Shown here piece by piece: positions 51,601 through 63,719 of a stretch of DNA of 64,000 nt. Positions within the stretch are counted from its first letter, which is position 1, and every line of letters begins with the position of its first letter. The translations under genes were made by a program, and so were the position numbers. The stretch is from Psilocybe cubensis (taxonomy: Eukaryota): positions 186,001 through 250,000 of the forward strand of contig CM039004.1 in NCBI GenBank assembly GCA_017499595.2. The letters are read 5' to 3'. Under the pieces are notes generated by a model that worked only from the letters and a program-made list of their open reading frames with translations, was not told the DNA's origin and ran no database searches.

Positions 51601-53493
51601 AATTCCATGTTTGAATCCAAACCGAAACGAAATGTCCATCAAACACACCGAAACAAAATGTCCAAATCAAACACACCAAAAACACATCTATTCACAGTTC
51701 CAAAAGGTTTAACGACAGAAGCAAGCCGTACATACCCTCGGCTAGCACTCGCTTCGCATTGAACTAGCAAAAACTCATTCGTAGATCCTCAAACTCGGAC
51801 CCTGCAAAGCACGGTACAACCCGAAATTGCATAGCGTACCGGTGTACGTACAGCGGCGTGTTTCTGGGACTATAAAAGGGTGCGTGAATCGACTCACTTT
51901 TTCCCATTCCACTCCCACTCCCCTCTCAGGGGTCCTCTCCTCTCTCCTCCCCTGTTCTGCACGGTGTCGGTTGTTCAGGTAAGCTATTCAGCTGCGCTTT
52001 GACACCGCGACTGACGGTGTTTTACCGCCTGTTTGTGTGCCAGGTCATCGACTCGACTGACGAGCAGAGCACAGCAGACGTGTCCTGCACACGGTGAGTG
52101 AACTGCTTGGGTCTGTTGAGACGATGCTGAATGGTGGTGTCGTGGTCTAGACGCGTTGTAGCGACATATTCAGTGAGTACGAGTGAAAATGTGTGACTCG
52201 CCTCATCCTGACGCGTCCCCCTTGCCCCCATTGCCACAGGTCATTGTGCTGCTCATGGGTTGACGTGTCGCGCTGGAACGTGAGTACGAACCCTACACAC
52301 ACGTACATAACCACTCCCATAGTGCTGCAAGACCCTTCTCGTGTCGTTTCACGCTCTCTGCCGCGTTGTTGAGAACTCGATTGAGGCCGGGCTAGAATGA
52401 GAGGTAGATGTGAGTACGAGCCTTACACACATGTACATGACCACTCACCGGACACTTCCATTGTGCTTGTCGTTCCGCCCTCTCTGCGCCGTGGCGCCAT
52501 GGTCTGTGAGTACAAGTAAAAACAAGATAGTCACGCCACGCTGAAGCTCTTTTCCTCACCCGATGACTGCTCGCCGTATACAAGAGGACCCGCCCATTGC
52601 ACAGCAAGACCCTTACACCACCCCCGTCATTTCGCCCTGTCTGCCGATTTGTGCATCGTGAGATGCGCCATAGCGCCATGTCCTGTGAGTACATATGAAA
52701 ATGGCCTGGTCGCGTCATGCTGAAGCACCCTTCTTCACCCCCGCTATCACAGGTTGCCACCCATAGCACTGGACCTCGAGGCAACAGTGAGTACTAAATC
52801 CCAAACACATATAGATGTCCGCTCACCGTGTGTAAAAGGACCATTTTGTTGTGATGCAAAGAGACCTTCCCCGCCCATCGCTTTGCCCGTTGGATGCGCC
52901 GCGGCGCTGTGTTCAGTGAGTAAAGTGAATATAAAACCCCTTCACTGAATCACCTCGTCTCGACCTAGTGTCCAGTGTTGTGTTGAGGCTAGGCATATTG
53001 GTGAGTAAGAGGACGACGGCCTGGCCAACCCCTCGTTTATGACCTTGTAAGCTGAATAGATGGTGTCCAGTGTTGTGCAGGAGGGTGTAATGGATGTGTC
53101 GGGGTTAGGCATGGTGGTGAGTAAGACTACATAACCACTCACCGTGTGTAAGAGGATGACGTCCCTCATTTTTGACCTCGTACACTGCCAAAGTGCTGTC
53201 CCACCCCGCTCGCCTCTAACAGCCCCGCACAACCACTCGTTTTCGACCTCGTATGCTTGGTGTCTAGTGTTGGGCAGGAGGATATAAGTGATGTGTTGAT
53301 GTTAGGCATAGTGGTGAGTAAGACTACATAACTGCTCACCGTGTGCAAGAGGATGACGTCCCTCATTTTTGACCTTGTACACTGCCAGAGTGCTGTCCCA
53401 CCCCGCTCGCCTCTGATAAGACCCCACGGACCAGACGGAAAGTTGTAGGCATGGTACGTGATGATTATGCGTCGGGAAACAGTGGTTAGACTC
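45658..53493. repeat. Unit 6 (A6 45658-47578 + B6 47579-53493), with a 1-bp deletion near 52622
   Basis: TTACACCACCCCCGTC here vs TTACACCACCACCCGTC in other units; this fuses two ORFs into 52392..52784. Confidence 0.93.
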
Positions 53494-55417
53494 GACTCGA
53501 CCAGCATGGAACTTGAATTGGAAGCACCCTCGACATGACACGCCAATGTCGAGTCAGTCATCCTGGCCAACGGTCCGACTTGCAAGATAAAAGACAACAT
53601 GAATTCCATAATTGGAAAGCAAGTTGCTTGTTTAAAATGGAAGAACAGTCAAACGTCGCCTCGATCATAGGGGTGCATAATACTTATCAAGTGGCTGATA
53701 TATAGTAGTAATAGTGGAGATACAGGGGAGGTAATCATTAATATCATTATTAATCAACAGTGAGACCTACTCACCGAGCACCGACGAGTAACAACCGCGA
53801 ATCTTCTGCGTCCTTCGTTACCATATCCGCATCCGCATCCGCATCCAAAATCTGCGCGGCCGAGATATGTGCATGTGTATGCACTCGACACTCGGTTGGT
53901 GTTGGTGAGTCATTACTTTTACTTTCCTTCTTTACATGTTCACTTTGACCTCCAGACCCGTGCTGCTGGCCACTTACACTTCAATTACACTTCCAATTAC
54001 ATAGCGTAGAACAGGGTTAGGTATATTTATAACTGTTAGTGTTAGTGTTATGTCAAAGTCTCCTAAGTCTTCGGAGCGCGCTCAATTTGGATATCGAGGC
54101 TCAGAGCCGCTGAATTGTGCAAATGCCAAACGCTCGTCGGGGAGTTCAGTCCCGGTGGTACTATGTTCACACTGATCAACGGTAGGTGGTATCAAAACAT
54201 CACGCTGACCATGATTACTACTTGATTAAGTGAAAAAACAACCCGCTAACCAATTGCATCAGCATTTTTTGGCTGCATAAAACTATACATCCCAGTCACA
54301 CGCCGCGCGCGCTCAACGACATCTACCGACAAAAATGTAACCCGGAGAGACTTTCACCGGACCTTCAAATTAAAACCATTCTGCATTCCCGACAATGACA
54401 ATAGCTTAGCTTGTTTTCTCATGACACAGGGCAGCGAAGCTAACCCACCTAACCCAGATCCACCCGCGCTATTGACGTGCCGTGCCACATCTGGATGCCC
54501 TATCACATGCACACGTAGCGCGGAAGCACAATGAAGCACGAATCCCAAAGCGTCAAGTATGCATCGGTGACGCGAGGACTCTGACCTCTGACAAGGGGTA
54601 AGTAGATAGCTTATCAGACGTCGCATCCCCATCCTTCCCAGCCCGCGAAAGAAATCGCCTTCTCGTTCGTTCCTGGACCGGGTGGAACATCCTATCTCCT
54701 TTGTTTGTTGTTCGCAGGGATGGGTAATAGCCAGCACCATCTGATTAACAAGAAATATTCCTGGAAGAAAATCGTCGTTGTTAGTTTGAGCACACGCATG
54801 TTCCATGCCCATGTTCAACGTTCAGGGTGAAAGGGTGAAAGCTTCCATGATAGGTCAGATTTCGAATTTCCAACCTTACCCTACGTTTCAATTTCGAGTC
54901 TATGAGTACCCTCACTGAACTGACATGACATAATAGAGCTCTCCGAAGACAGAAGACAGAGGTTCCAGTTCAGCGGGCACACAGGCACATCCGAATCCGA
55001 ATCCGAGGCGTTTGCGTTTGCCACCGCCACGACAGAACAGAACAGAACAGCGTCATTCGTACACTCCTTACTCTTCCATCTTCATGTCATTCCGACCTTC
55101 AGCTTCGGGTGTGACTATATACAACCATATACAACTCACACGCGCATCGCTCAAAACACCCACCTGTAATTTATATCTCCACAAACACACACCAGTTTCC
55201 AAACAAAGACACCCAGAAAATCACGGAGTTTAATATTACTCAAACACCCAACACTCAACACAAAACAGATTAAAAAAACTTTACCGCCACGGGACTGATC
55301 TTCTACTTGTACGTTCCTACTGCTCTCCCTCCTAGACTCGAATACGTATGTATGTATGGGAAGTGATATCTGGAAGAGCATATGTATATGATCATGAGTA
55401 AGAGCCTCACGCTAACA
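53494..55417. repeat. A7: right terminal A segment; left part matches internal copies, right part diverged
   Basis: First visible difference at 54509 (CACATGCAC vs CACATACAC), then 54531, ~54645-54664, ~54687, ~54820-54855 and a cluster at ~55220-55330. Unique sequence resumes after GCTAACA at 55417. Confidence 0.93.
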
Positions 55418-57833
55418 CGAATACAGGGAGTGAATATTGAGAAATGAATAAACACACTTGTCTTGTCCGTACCACCCCAGGCCTGGCCCATACCACATCA
55501 TGCAACACCACGACTCGACTCAGACCTGTGCATTTGATTTGTCTTCTATTGCAACTGAGTAAGTTTGTATCCGTAGTTTTTACTCATAGATTAACCAAAA
55601 CCAAAACCAAAACCAAAACCGAACAAATCTTCTGTTTGGAATTCATTGATGTAGCCGACCTCACTCCCTTCAACAACCTTCACTCTGCCCCACCTCACAA
55701 TTTCACCCCCGGTCCGCGGTCTCCAGATCCTGTATCCAATTTGTCCGACCTGATCTGATCCCGAAGGCTCAACACACACACAGATGCAGGCGGAAAACAC
55801 GTCAAGCAACGCCGCGGAGTGTCATGGTGCAGTTAAGATTTTGAATTGGTCAAGGTATACCAGGTATACCTGTATCAGCGCCTTGCCGTTGTCTACGTTT
55901 TGGATTCGGTCCCATAGTTATGATGTGCGACGTCACGACCATTTACTTTCACTTCGAGCGGTTCTGTGTTGTTCTGGAGTTCTGGAGTGTTTGGGAGTAC
56001 GTATCCGCCTATGTGACTTCCAGCTTCCTGTTGATGCGGTATGTTAAAGAATAATACGCATACACTTAAGCTTAGCGCAATCGTAATGTATCCTTCAACT
56101 AACTCGCCTAGCTACAATTTATATTCTCCAATAACAGTTACAGAGCAGCATTCACGATTAGTGCACAAGTCTTAGGCTGCCAGCGTCTAGTATCAATTTT
56201 CCAGTGCATGCCACTATCCATAATCGAGTTGAGATCGAGTTCCAAAATTGTCTGAAAACACGAAATCCGCGGTGACGAGTGTCGTTTCTGTTCTCAGGAA
56301 AGTCACAGTCGAAGGTCGATTGTACAAAGCCACAAAGTCCCTAATTGTCCACTGGAGGTTCGGGCAGGCCAGTATGAAAATGGACTTCGAACTTGAGCTT
56401 GATATTTCAAGTAATATGTACAGAAAGTACAAGCTACATGTAATTAACAACGCTTGACGTCGATTAGCCCCTGATTGCTCCGTCGTGGCTTGGGTCGGAA
56501 CCGTGGGAAAGTGAACTTCAATTGCGTTGGATTATGTAGGTTGATCCAAAGTGCACTCACAACATGAACATTGAAAATTGTTCACATTAATAGCAAGACA
56601 TTCTTCAGACATTAGTACGTAGAACCAATGAGCCGATGTCAACCGACACCGAGTAGCATTGAGAAAGTATAACCCGTCCGGCATTGGCTGGGATTAAATG
56701 ATTACATGATGACCTTATTAAAGCTCCGCTGGAACAGGGTAAGTACACTCGTTTGGATTTCATTGTCGAGGTTGGGTGAGAGACTTATCTATTGGGTACA
56801 TATCAATGGTTAATGAATATTATTACTCCATTATATACTTTATAGCCTAAGATATGGGTTTTAGAGCAACATGAAGGAAATGAGACGGTCTACACCTTGC
56901 TGAGCGGCATGATCCTGGTATGGATATTTCAACAACCGCGTGATCGGCCCGTTGGAGTTTGGTGGAACGGTGTGGATATTTGAGGCTGCTAGAGCTGGCA
57001 AGAGTAGCTGAAGTTTAAATAGAGAGGTAATTATACTTCAAGTGAGTCACCTGCACTCTACTTACTTGCCCCATGTTCAATTATATCCTCAAGGCACCGG
57101 ACTTCGACCAGATTCCAATTAATACGTCGCTTACTATTTACATTCCGCGGGAGCCGGATGTCGGCGACGACCAATATGTGTGAATAGTGAGCTATCTATC
57201 GGAAACATTAATACGCTCGAAACAGAGGAATCAATTAGAGAACACTTAAAGTGCTATACAACAGCTCGGTATCTGTAAAGACTACTCGTAGAAAGCAGTA
57301 GATATGGAGGCACGTTCGAGCACTTCCTTTTCAACGATATATTAATCATGATTATCGCGGGTACCTGTCTGTCTAATGCCAATGGAATACATATACTGAC
57401 GTGAGAAGAGAATGTTATGTGCGATCAGATAGGTGTGACTGATGTATGGACTATCAAATTATTCGTATACAAAAACACAAGACTCATAGAAAATGGAATT
57501 TCTATCAATTTAGGCATACCCCTCAATTCCAATCAGTCGACTTTCCGTACTTCCACATGAATTCTGAAGTCGGGGACCATTCTGATACGGAATATATGTG
57601 AGAATAGTACCGGATCATGTAGAAGCTGCGTATCATGTCTAATTATCTTCTGAAGTATGACACCGGCGTAATCATCTTGCTCTGACATAGAATCGAGGTC
57701 TTCAACAGTTAGCCCCTGAGTTATGTGGTCTACACGAGCCTAAAAATACTACACACATTATCAGCAACTATATAATGGCTAATGGTAAAGGCATTGAAAT
57801 GTAGGTCTGAGGCATCTTTGGAATCAAACCGCA

Positions 57834-59668
57834 ATGGCTACTGCTAACTTCCTTGTCTTGGTTTCTGCGGCTGTGAGTGATTCATGAGTTTTATCTCAAT
57901 ACGGAAATCACTGATCATGATTTCACACTACATTTTAGTTATGTGTTGTCGCTTCTCCAACATTGGATGTTAGACAATCTTCTACGGCAAGTCTCCCTTC
58001 CGGGTGGGCACCATTCGGATGTTACAGGTAAGAAATTTGTAACAACATATTTATTCCCAAATAAACCTTAATTTCTCAGTGATTCAACATCATCACGAAC
58101 CCTTCGTGTAGCATCCTTCACCGATATTACAGGCATGACCGTTGAGTCATGTATAGCGTTCTGCACTCCTGCAGGATATAATTTTGCAGGTCTTGAATTC
58201 GCTCGAGTAAGGTCAAATAATGATTTCCAAATGTCTTTTTCTAACATATTCTTATCAAGGAATGCTGTAAGAGGCCGGGTGTCAATGTGTCTTCCTTTCG
58301 ATGTACTGATTCCAAATGTTCATATTCCAGATTGTGACAATATCATCGAGCCTCCAGCGGTTGTTATCGACAGCAGCAATTGCGCAACACCTTGTACAGG
58401 CAATGCCAATGAAATCTGTGGTGGTTCAAACGCTATTACAATCTTTCAGCAGTACGTATGCATAAACGTCCGCCGGGAACTTGATATTCAGGGCTATATC
58501 TTGTTCAATTGTACTTAGTACTGCAGCCTCGAATCCACCAACCCCCACGACAACCACGACAACGACAACGACAACGCCGACTCCAGTTGCCAGCATCAAG
58601 CAGTCCGTCGGCACCTTCCAATATAAAGGATGCTTCCAGTATGTCTATTATCTATCACATACCGTTATAAAGAGATTTCCATAGCTTAAATACTCTCTAG
58701 GGATCGTCCTGCTAACCAACCGCGTGCTCTCGGGACTCAACTGACAATCTCTGGAGTCACCGCTGAAACATGTACCGCTGCATGCAAAGCTGCGGGATTT
58801 GCACTAGCCGGGTTGGAATTTGGACAGGAATGCTGTAAGTCAAAAATTGATCAACTTATTAGAATATAACTTACTGTTCCACTTCTAAATACAGGGTGTG
58901 CAACCTTCATGTCACTAGTCTCGCCATTGCCCGACTCGCAATGCAACATGGTTTGCGTTGCAGATAGCACCGAGCTTTGCGGCGCAGGAAATGTCCTTGC
59001 CGTATACCAGGACACCACGGCTACTCCTCTTGATCAGAATACATGCCTTTCCCTTGGGATTCTCTTCCCAGGAGCAGGCGGTGTACCAGACTTTAATTTC
59101 AATCTTCTGATGGTACCATCAAGCGGGACTGGAACAAATGTTCTTCTTGGAGTCGTGTTTAATACTACGATCCCCATCAACCAGAGCGTTTTCAAACTTA
59201 CAGTACGTACTGAGGTATACAATAAATTAACATTTTCCAACCAACTGAAAACCTTTACTCTCAGGGTAGCCTTCCCCAAACTAGTCCTGGACATTCTTTC
59301 TCCATTTCCGGAGGTCAGGGTGCAGTTGGTGCCAACTCCGGAGGAGTCGACGCTGGTTTCTCAATCCCGCTAATCGCCGGACAAGCAGTATTATTCGACT
59401 TCGTCAACTTCAGCACTAACATATGCATGAAGGTGCGAAGGATTTTCCGATTTTTTTATGAGACCTCCCTGATACTGTATCGATGTAGCCTAATCCAATC
59501 GGTTCCTTTGGACCATTCATCGGGCCGCCGGTGCTTTCCGTCAATGGACAGGCCAATCCTTGGGCATCTTGCGCGACAGAGCCATTGACACCCATATTCT
59601 CACCCACCGCGGCCAATGGCGTATGCACGAGCGTTTTCCTGGAGATGCTTCCCCCATCTATCGCTTAA
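57834..59668 (+). CDS. Secreted protein with two WSC (carbohydrate-binding) domains, Thr-rich linker and C-terminal domain; about ten exons
   Basis: Spliced: MATANFLVLVSAALCVVASPT...GWAPFGCYSDSTSSRTL...MTVESCIAFC...FAGLEFARECYCDN...CATPCTGNANEICGG; PTTTTTTT linker; second repeat GCFQ...TAETCTAAC...AGLEFGQECWC...CNMVCVADSTELCGAGN. Canonical introns; stop TAA 59666-59668; TATATAA near 57769. Confidence 0.92.
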
Positions 59669-60211
59669 GATTTGCAGTTAAATGCTACAAATGTGGAAAT
59701 TGGATGAATATAAGGGGTAGCGCTTAACTTTCAAGGCTCAGAAGAGAGGCATATTTGACTTTCATGGTTCTCATTAACAATAATGTAGTATGTGATAGTT
59801 TGGAGATTAAATGCAGAAGCTTTTACCATCATAAAGTGTTATATGTTGTCGTATATCTCAAGGGTCAGGTGTACAATATTTTTGATACTACAGAATGACA
59901 ACCTCAAAGCAACCATGTATGTCACTGGAGAAAAAATTGTCTATGACAGTACTCGATGAATACACCTTTATTGTCTGGGAGTGTGTTCAAGATAAAATTG
60001 AGATAAAATGGATGTACTCATGAACGTGTATACTATGGGGCCCCTGGATAATCTTGGGTTCATATATTTGTTTAGGCCCTGTTCGCTAGCAAGTCACGGT
60101 CGGCTAATTGATGTCTGGAACCAATCATAGCACGTGGACCTGCCACATGTCCGATGATTATCCAATGTGGTTGACTATTTCTTCATTCCTCTCTTTTCTC
60201 TTGATTGTTCT

Positions 60212-60797
60212 ATGATTTGGGCAATATTTGTCTTTCTATACGTGTTGCAACTCGCTCTAGAAGTCATAACCTTCATTTTGGGCATCATACTATGGTGTCT
60301 CCAGACTGTAATCGACTTTCTCTCTCTCATTGTCTTCGTTCTCCCCTCTCCAATCTTTGTGATCCGTCACAGTACGTTGGAATGCTTCGAGGAAACCAAA
60401 AGGGCATGGGGCCGTCTCTGGATACCTATTCGTGAGTAGATACAGTGTATCTTCAGTGACATCATTCACATCAGGTTTTGTAGTTGAACAGAAAGCCCGA
60501 CCCTTCCTTGGCACACGAGCTGATCTCCAATCGCAAAAACAAAAACTCCAACGTCGTTTTGACAATGCAGCCCCCAGGACCCAAGTCTATGTTGACACCC
60601 GCAATCAACTGCACTTGCTCGACACCAAGGTCTTTGCAAATGAAGCAGCGTTCGAGCTCACCATACGCCGGTACACACCACCCGAGGAATACGAGGCCTA
60701 CTGCCATCGCTACGGTGTCACTCCAATGCGTGCTTTGATAAAAAGGACATCGTCGCCTGGACCTGCTCCAGTCCCCGCTTCCACCTCTGCTTCTTGA
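60212..60797 (+). CDS. Hypothetical ~180-aa protein with hydrophobic N-terminus (two exons)
   Basis: Removing the GTGAGT...CAG intron 60432-60474 joins MIWAIFVFLYVLQLALEVITFILGIILW... in frame to ...FVVEQKARPFLGTRADLQ...PASTSAS*. Confidence 0.6.
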
Positions 60798-61010
60798 TGG
60801 TCGATGCTATCTTTTCGTTGTTTTTACCTTGAACTGCTCGTTGTTTCCCTTGTATACACGTTTCATGCAGTAACTTTGTCATCATGCCTTCCTTATCTTG
60901 GACTGCTTTACCTTTGTATGTAACTCTCACCCGCTGCCTTGCTGATATCTTGGACTGCTTACCTTGCGTACAAATCCAGCAATATATGTATATGTGGACT
61001 CCAGACGTGG

Positions 61011-62188
61011 CGACTGCTTGGCCCTTGTGCGTGATCGCGCAGGTCAGAGAACGTGTTGTCTACGCTACTGATAGTTGGAAATTGCATTTTGCATCAAAGT
61101 CCTGATGATTCGGGACAAGGTAAAGTACTCACATCGACAATGCCCTGGGGCCGGTCATCATGGGAATACAGTATTGAGCACAGGGAATTCATCTGAACGG
61201 TGTCCCTATGGATGAAGTATGATGGGATGGATGACCGAAGCAGGCTTAACGCAAAAGAGTGTGTGGAAGATGGAATAGGGCAAGTTCGTGTTATTTTTAC
61301 ATTGCCATCCGGCTCCTTGCAACAACTCTTTCCCTCTGGTATCTATCCACCGCGTCACCTTGCTTATGTTGAATGGTTCACCAAATTTGACCGTCTTCCG
61401 GAGGCTGACTTGAATCTTTACAAAGTCAGGTGGTCTATTAAAAATGGCGAGAAACTTGCATCAGTGATACCGGTATCCCTTATACAAAGGAGCGTCCTAA
61501 GTGGGGACACTTTATTCCAGCTGATTGGACTAAATTTAACGTTTTGGACAAGTGTAGCGTATTTTATTTGAATTGTTTCAAGGACCGTCATACGTACTTT
61601 AATGTGTACTAATATGCTGTACTAAATTGACTGAAAATTAGCAGCTTTTAGTAAATAATTATACGACCTTGGTAACAATTCTATGCATTTGCTGGAGATT
61701 AGATATAATACTTCCTAATTATTTTAAGATTCCCAAGGGAGGGTTTTCCTGATGCAGGTTCCCTTAAAAAGTGGAAGTTTAATCTCCCCTCTGTAATGCA
61801 GAAAGTCAAGAATATTATACAGGAGCAGTCCTGGGAGATTGACCGGTATGACTTGCTCCTCCGCCTGTGTGTGTTCGCGCAGGTCAGAGAGATGGAACGA
61901 CGTGTTGTGTATGCTACTGACAATTGCGTCTTACAACGAATCATTGATGATTCAGGCCGGTCATCATGGGCATACAAACTTGCCTTACAGTATTGAGCAC
62001 AGGGAATTCAAATTTCATCTGAACTGGTGTCCTCATTAGTGTCCCCATGGATGAGGCGTGATGGGATGGACGACTAAAGCAGCCTTAATGCAAAAGAGTG
62101 CGTGGAAGATGGATTAGCCTCAGGTTCCCCTATAAAGTGGAAGTTTAATCTCCCCTCTGTAATGCAGAAAGTCAAGGATATTATACAG
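61011..62188 (+). repeat. Local diverged duplication X1-[transposase relic]-Y1-X2-Y2
   Basis: X: ~61011-61274 vs ~61849-62113 (CGCGCAGGTCAGAGA...TATTGAGCACAGGGAATTCA...GTGGAAGATGGA). Y: 61755-61822 vs 62121-62188 (CAGGTTCCC...AAGTGGAAGTTTAATCTCCCCTCTGTAATGCAGAAAGTCAAG). Confidence 0.88.
61275..61612 (+). pseudogene. C-terminal fragment of a Plavaka-type (basidiomycete) DNA transposase, frameshifted
   Basis: IGQVRVIFTLP...HLAYVEWFT...LYKVRWS...ASVIPVSLIQRSV, frameshift near 61497, then PKWGHFIPADWTKFNVLDKCSVFYLNCFKDRHTYFNVY*. Family assigned from remembered motifs, not from a search. Confidence 0.75.
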
Positions 62189-62202
62189 TCATTCTCTCTT
62201 AA

Positions 62203-63271
62203 CTACACCTTCCCAAACCCACCGCTCTCCAAGAATGCCCGCACGCTTCCAACAATGCGATCCAGGCCCTCAAGCCACCGTGCCAGTTCAACATCAAGCT
62301 CATCAAACGGCTCTCCTTGCGCAATAGACGTGTAGAAGGCATGTCGATGGGGTGTCGCTCGGATCGCAACCTGATAGACAATTAAGTTCCGAGGCGTAGT
62401 ACCTTGGCGCACTGTGACTCACCCCGACTACACCCCTAATCACAAAGTTGTGGTGGTGTCGCAGCACCTCGTCATATGCTCGCCGGAAGCAGACGTGAAG
62501 TTCGCAAGAGGTATCGCGCTGCATGTGCTGCAGGGCGCGACAGGTGAACAAGAGACCTCTACGATGGGAGTTTCAGTAGGCAACGAATTGAATCTGGGAT
62601 TGCAGAAACTTGTATCCCAACGAACCGTCAGAGAAAACATTCTCACCTTATTAATCGCACTAGGCACGGCGTGGCGTGTCGGTGTGGCTCATTCTTCTCC
62701 GATTGAACGAGTTCCTCGAGGGTGCGGGATGCGTCTTTATGGGAGTCGTACCGAGCGCGTACGCCCTGTAATTATGTTAGACGTCAATAAATGACACATA
62801 ATATCAATAGGATGGGAAGCGGTCAAGGTAAGTCGAGCCAGTAGACATACATTGATGTTCCCCCTAATATCGGCCTGTACGAATCCAAAAACACCGGATC
62901 CTAGAAGGTCTGTTGATCATTTGGTCAGTGAACGCTTGCTTCATAAGGTGTAAACCGCAAAGGAGAATAGAAATTTTATAAGGATTGGACGACGACGGTT
63001 AAGAAATGCATCGAAGAAATGGATTGAAAAGTCGCACCAAATAACTGAACCAGCCCATCTGACGCTGCCAGAAATGCCTCTGTCTCCACACCTCCTTGAC
63101 CGTCTTCGCCAGTAAATGGAACATCAGCAAATGACTTTGAAAGGGAAAAATGGTGGGGTGGCGTTGATGAATTGATCCATGGATTAAAAGCACACATTGT
63201 AAGTCAGAAAAATCAGACGGAAATTGACCAATTGGCATACGCACCTTTACGGTCTGAAAGTAAGGAGCCAT
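62203..63271 (-). CDS. GLTP: Glycolipid transfer protein (GLTP family, HET-C2-like), six exons
   Basis: Spliced: MAPYFQTVK|SFADVPFTGEDGQGGVETEAFLAASDGLVQLF|DLLGSGVFGFVQADIRGNIN|GVRARYDSHKDASRTLEELVQSEK...ATPCLVRLIR|GLLFTCRAL...FRRAYDEVLRHHHNFVIRGVVG|VAIRATPHRHAFY...FLESGGFGKV*; canonical introns. Confidence 0.92.
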
Positions 63272-63719
63272 GGAGTCGATATGGGTCTGGAGTCAGAGGA
63301 GGCTCAAATATGGCTACGGTATGGATGGGTCCGACACGTTCATGCCATGAGTTCGTATGTTTAAAAATGGTTCCATCATGATCGTGCATGTCGACCGAAC
63401 ATCAGATTTTCGACTACGTAAGCATCAATGCATGACGTTTGTTTGGTTGGTTGGTTGGTTTGCGAGATTACTAAGACAGCCACCCGGTGTGTAGCAGGGG
63501 TAAGGACCCGACCCTCACCCTGTCCTACACAAGCCCTTGAGCTAATTTGCGTTATTAAAAGTAGGTTAAATCTTTTATTTTTTCTTTCCTAAAATTAACA
63601 GGGAAAAAAACATGAGAAAAAAAAGGTGGGTATTCAGGACGTTTGTAATCCAAATTAAATTATGTAGAATAGAAGCAATAGTAGTAAAGAAAAAAATGTC
63701 CTGGTCCATTCATACAATT

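Larger units (their letters stand above)
1832..55417. repeat. Tandem macro-repeat array A-(B-A)x6, period 7,837 bp (7 A segments, 6 B segments)
   Basis: The same ORF set recurs at 2694, 10531, 18368, 26205, 34042 (step 7837), then 46518 (7837+4639 for the copia insertion) and 54354 (7837-1). Homology starts at GACTCGACCAGCATGG (1832 vs 9671) and ends at GAGCCTCACGCTAACA (3754 vs 55417). Confidence 0.98.

Noticed and set aside
1832-55417. rDNA or 5S array, suggested by the ~8-kb period
   Set aside because: No 18S, 5.8S or 28S conserved motifs seen; GCCGCGGGAACTCC only loosely resembles the 5S 3' region and the rest of 5S is absent.
55418-57800. Short ORFs right of the array
   Set aside because: All are 104 aa or shorter with no motifs or coherent exon chain; treated as intergenic.
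63489-63530. Imperfect hairpin GTGTAGCAGGG...CCCTGTCCTACAC upstream of GLTP
   Set aside because: Single copy, no TSD, no recognisable RNA family.
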